A DNA stretch of 37,308 nt from contig CALGHW010000009.1 in assembly GCA_937916075.1 (NCBI GenBank), forward strand, positions 1-37,308, given 5' to 3'. A program made the translations under genes and the position numbers. Origin of the DNA: an uncultured Prevotella sp. (GTDB lineage Bacteria > Bacteroidota > Bacteroidia > Bacteroidales > Bacteroidaceae). Shown in pieces: positions 35,111 through 37,308 of the stretch (its first letter is position 1; each line of letters begins with the position of its first letter). The notes beneath the pieces are model-generated. The model had not been told where the DNA came from, made no database searches, and worked only from the letters and a program-made list of their open reading frames with translations.

Positions 35111-36601
35111 ATGAAATTAAGGATTATTTATATATTAATAGGTATACTGTTGCCTTTTTCGCAGGCATGGGCAGGTGAGGGAGAAAAATTGTTGCGCCAA
35201 GGGATAGACTATATCCAGACGGATAACTTCCCCATGGCCATGAAATGCTTCACCAGAAGCCTGGAGACAGCCGAACGCGAGAAGGACTGGCACACGGTCA
35301 TTGTCAGCAACGGATATATCGGCAACGTATATTTCAATATCAACGACTATACCCGGTCCCTGCAATACTTGCTCAAAGGATATGCCATGTGTGACAAGTA
35401 TGGAGAACAGCGCCTGAAGGCCAACTTCTTGACCAATATCGTGTCCAGCTATGCCAAATTAGGCAACGTGAAGGAAGCCTGGGCATATTACCATCTGCTG
35501 GAAGGACAGACTGGGGCACGCGACACGCTAACACTCAAATACTACGTGATATACAACCGGGCACGCATCGCACTGGCCGAAGGCAAACCACAGGAAGCGC
35601 TGGCCTATCACCAGAAAGCGCTCCACTATGCACAGAAGCAGCACATGCCCCTCTGCTACTCACTGTTCCAATATTGTGAGATGGGACAGATATACCTACA
35701 TAGCCATCAGAGTGACAAGGCGCTGGAATATGGCCGGCTGTGCTTGGAAAAAGGATCCGAACACTGCTCACTCGACTTGCTCACCAGCGTCTACCAGCTC
35801 ATGGCCGACGCCAGCAGCCTCAAGGGTGACCACCGCCAAGAGAGCCACTACCGAAGCCTGTATCTCTCGCTGTCCGACTCGCTATTCAACCGCAAGGATA
35901 TCTTCTCGGCCGACAATGAGCTGGTGGAATATGAAAACCGACAGACCAATGAGCATATCAGCTCGCTCAACGGAGTCATCAGCCGACAGACTTTCACCCT
36001 AATCGGGGTATCTGTCATGGCCCTGACACTCATGCTCCTGATGGTGCTGTTGCTGCGCAACAACCGTAAGCTGAAGATGGCCCACCGGGCTTTGATTGAC
36101 AAAAACCGACAACTGCAACAGCAGGAACACAACAGCCAACAGTTGCTCCAACAGTGGGCTGACCGGCAAAAGGAGGTCAACACGCCATCGGATAACATGG
36201 ACACGCCATCGGGGACAGGCCCCGGAAAGGAGCAAATGCAGCTGTTGCTCAACAAGATTGTAAGGGTATTCAGCGACCTGAGCTACATCGCTCGTCCCGA
36301 CTTTAATCTCAATATGCTGGCCGAGGCTGTAGGAAGCAATACCAAATATGTATCACAGGTTATCAACGAGACCTACGGCAAGAACTTCAAGACGCTGCTC
36401 AACGAACGCCGCATCAGCGAGGCCAGCCGGCGGTTGGCCGACCAGCAACATTATGCCAACCGCACCATACAGGCTGTCTACGAGGAAGTGGGCTACACCA
36501 ATGCCGTGAGCTTTATCCGGGCCTTCCGCAAAATCAACGGCATGACACCTTCTGAATATCTCAAGATGGCCAGCCAAGGTGAAGAAAAGGACTGTGAGTA
36601 G
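35111..36601 (+). CDS. TPR-containing membrane-spanning AraC family regulator
   Basis: Signal peptide, TPR-like helices, TM segment, DFNLNMLAEAVGSNTKYVSQVINE and VGYTNAVSFIRAFRKINGMTPSEY. Confidence 0.92.
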   Translation: MKLRIIYILIGILLPFSQAWAGEGEKLLRQGIDYIQTDNFPMAMKCFTRSLETAEREKDWHTVIVSNGYIGNVYFNINDYTRSLQYLLKGYAMCDKYGEQRLKANFLTNIVSSYAKLGNVKEAWAYYHLLEGQTGARDTLTLKYYVIYNRARIALAEGKPQEALAYHQKALHYAQKQHMPLCYSLFQYCEMGQIYLHSHQSDKALEYGRLCLEKGSEHCSLDLLTSVYQLMADASSLKGDHRQESHYRSLYLSLSDSLFNRKDIFSADNELVEYENRQTNEHISSLNGVISRQTFTLIGVSVMALTLMLLMVLLLRNNRKLKMAHRALIDKNRQLQQQEHNSQQLLQQWADRQKEVNTPSDNMDTPSGTGPGKEQMQLLLNKIVRVFSDLSYIARPDFNLNMLAEAVGSNTKYVSQVINETYGKNFKTLLNERRISEASRRLADQQHYANRTIQAVYEEVGYTNAVSFIRAFRKINGMTPSEYLKMASQGEEKDCE

Positions 36602-36684
36602 AGCAGTCTCCACACACCGACAAGCCGGACTCGGCTTTCATACATACATCATTATTTACCTAAATCATCATTACCTATTTGCCT

Positions 36685-37230
36685 ATGTATCTGAAACAAT
36701 TATTGACGGCTCTTCTGCTAATGGTTGTCTTGACCAGTTGCGAGAAGAAATATTATTATTACACAAACGAGAAAACGCCTGAGCAGGAGGCAACCAACAA
36801 CAAGGGTAACACGCCTTCTGACGAGGAGGACAACAACGACGAAAGAGATGATGACGGTGACGATGAGGTATGGGCCTATGTGCCCAGCGAAGTGCTCCAG
36901 ATGACCACGGGACAGGACATTCTGCTCATTGGCTACGTTGTGGGCACCAGCACATCCACCAGTCTGAAGTCGGCCGTCTATGTACCTCCTTTCCTCAATA
37001 CCACCAACCTCATCTTGGCCGATACGCTCTACCAGGGTGTCGCCCTGCCCGAGGACCAACAGATTCTTGTGGCACTCACCAGTCCCACGGACAAGGCCAT
37101 GCGCCAACAGCTCAACCTCCAGGACCATCCCGAACTCTACAACAAACAGCTGCTGATAAGTGGTGTGGTGAGCACTTACGGTAAGCGTATTGCCGTCAAA
37201 GGGGTCTATGAATACCAAGTGATGGAATAA
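36685..37230 (+). CDS. Lipoprotein with a DUF6359-like domain
   Basis: Lipobox LTS-C; acidic linker; GYVVG, TNLILAD, RQQLNLQDHPEL...LLISG motifs. Confidence 0.7.
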   Translation: MYLKQLLTALLLMVVLTSCEKKYYYYTNEKTPEQEATNNKGNTPSDEEDNNDERDDDGDDEVWAYVPSEVLQMTTGQDILLIGYVVGTSTSTSLKSAVYVPPFLNTTNLILADTLYQGVALPEDQQILVALTSPTDKAMRQQLNLQDHPELYNKQLLISGVVSTYGKRIAVKGVYEYQVME

Positions 37231-37270
37231 AAAGGGCATGCCTATAGACCTCACGTCTCGGCATGCCCTT
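37229..37270. terminator. Terminator hairpin
   Basis: AAGGGCATGCC / GGCATGCCCTT stem right after the stop codon. The A-run on the left gives a U-tail for a minus-strand transcript. Confidence 0.7.
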
Positions 37271-37308
37271 GGGGAAGAAGAGAGTATTCTTCCTCGTTGT
37301 CTTTCATT

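Noticed and set aside
36751..36762. TAT repeat as a phase-variation tract
   Set aside because: Too short, and trinucleotide changes keep the frame.
27464..37270. Recurring TCAC/CTCAC hairpin loops as a novel motif (also near 3290)
   Set aside because: On the opposite strand these read GUGA, an ordinary GNRA tetraloop in terminator hairpins.

Overview
A chromosomal window from a Bacteroidales bacterium, most likely Prevotella-like. This is supported by TAnnTTTG -7 promoter boxes upstream of many genes, short T9SS-type C-terminal tails, and the aroQ/xerD and U32-sufE gene orders. Housekeeping blocks are U32 peptidase-sufE-C1 peptidase, pdxB, an SF1 helicase, and O-methyltransferase-aroQ/xerD. 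Accessory modules include a mosaic T9SS surface protein followed by a small YxxP peptide, a kinase-less HTCS-like AraC sensor, a 1698-aa glycoside hydrolase/CE12 esterase fusion, and an Omp28/hypothetical/FN3 operon divergent from a TPR-AraC regulator. Four solo ATPase-nuclease genes are scattered through the window (two AAA_14/DUF4143; two AAA-ATPase_like/PD-(D/E)XK, one of them truncated by the window edge). The most striking unexplained structure is that both AAA_14/DUF4143 genes are preceded by their own strictly periodic repeat array, 5 x 33 bp and 3 x 40 bp, with different sequences but the same layout: repeat 1 abuts the start codon and the -7 promoter box lies between repeats 1 and 2. 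Other non-coding structure includes two 22-bp-period palindromic arrays, an 83-bp MITE-like element, a 104-bp diverged copy of an internal piece of an ATPase gene, a G8 tract in a long leader, and an orphan promoter-terminator unit that may encode an sRNA. No rRNA, tRNA, CRISPR-Cas, transposase or reverse transcriptase was recognised. All family calls come from motif recognition by eye, not database searches.
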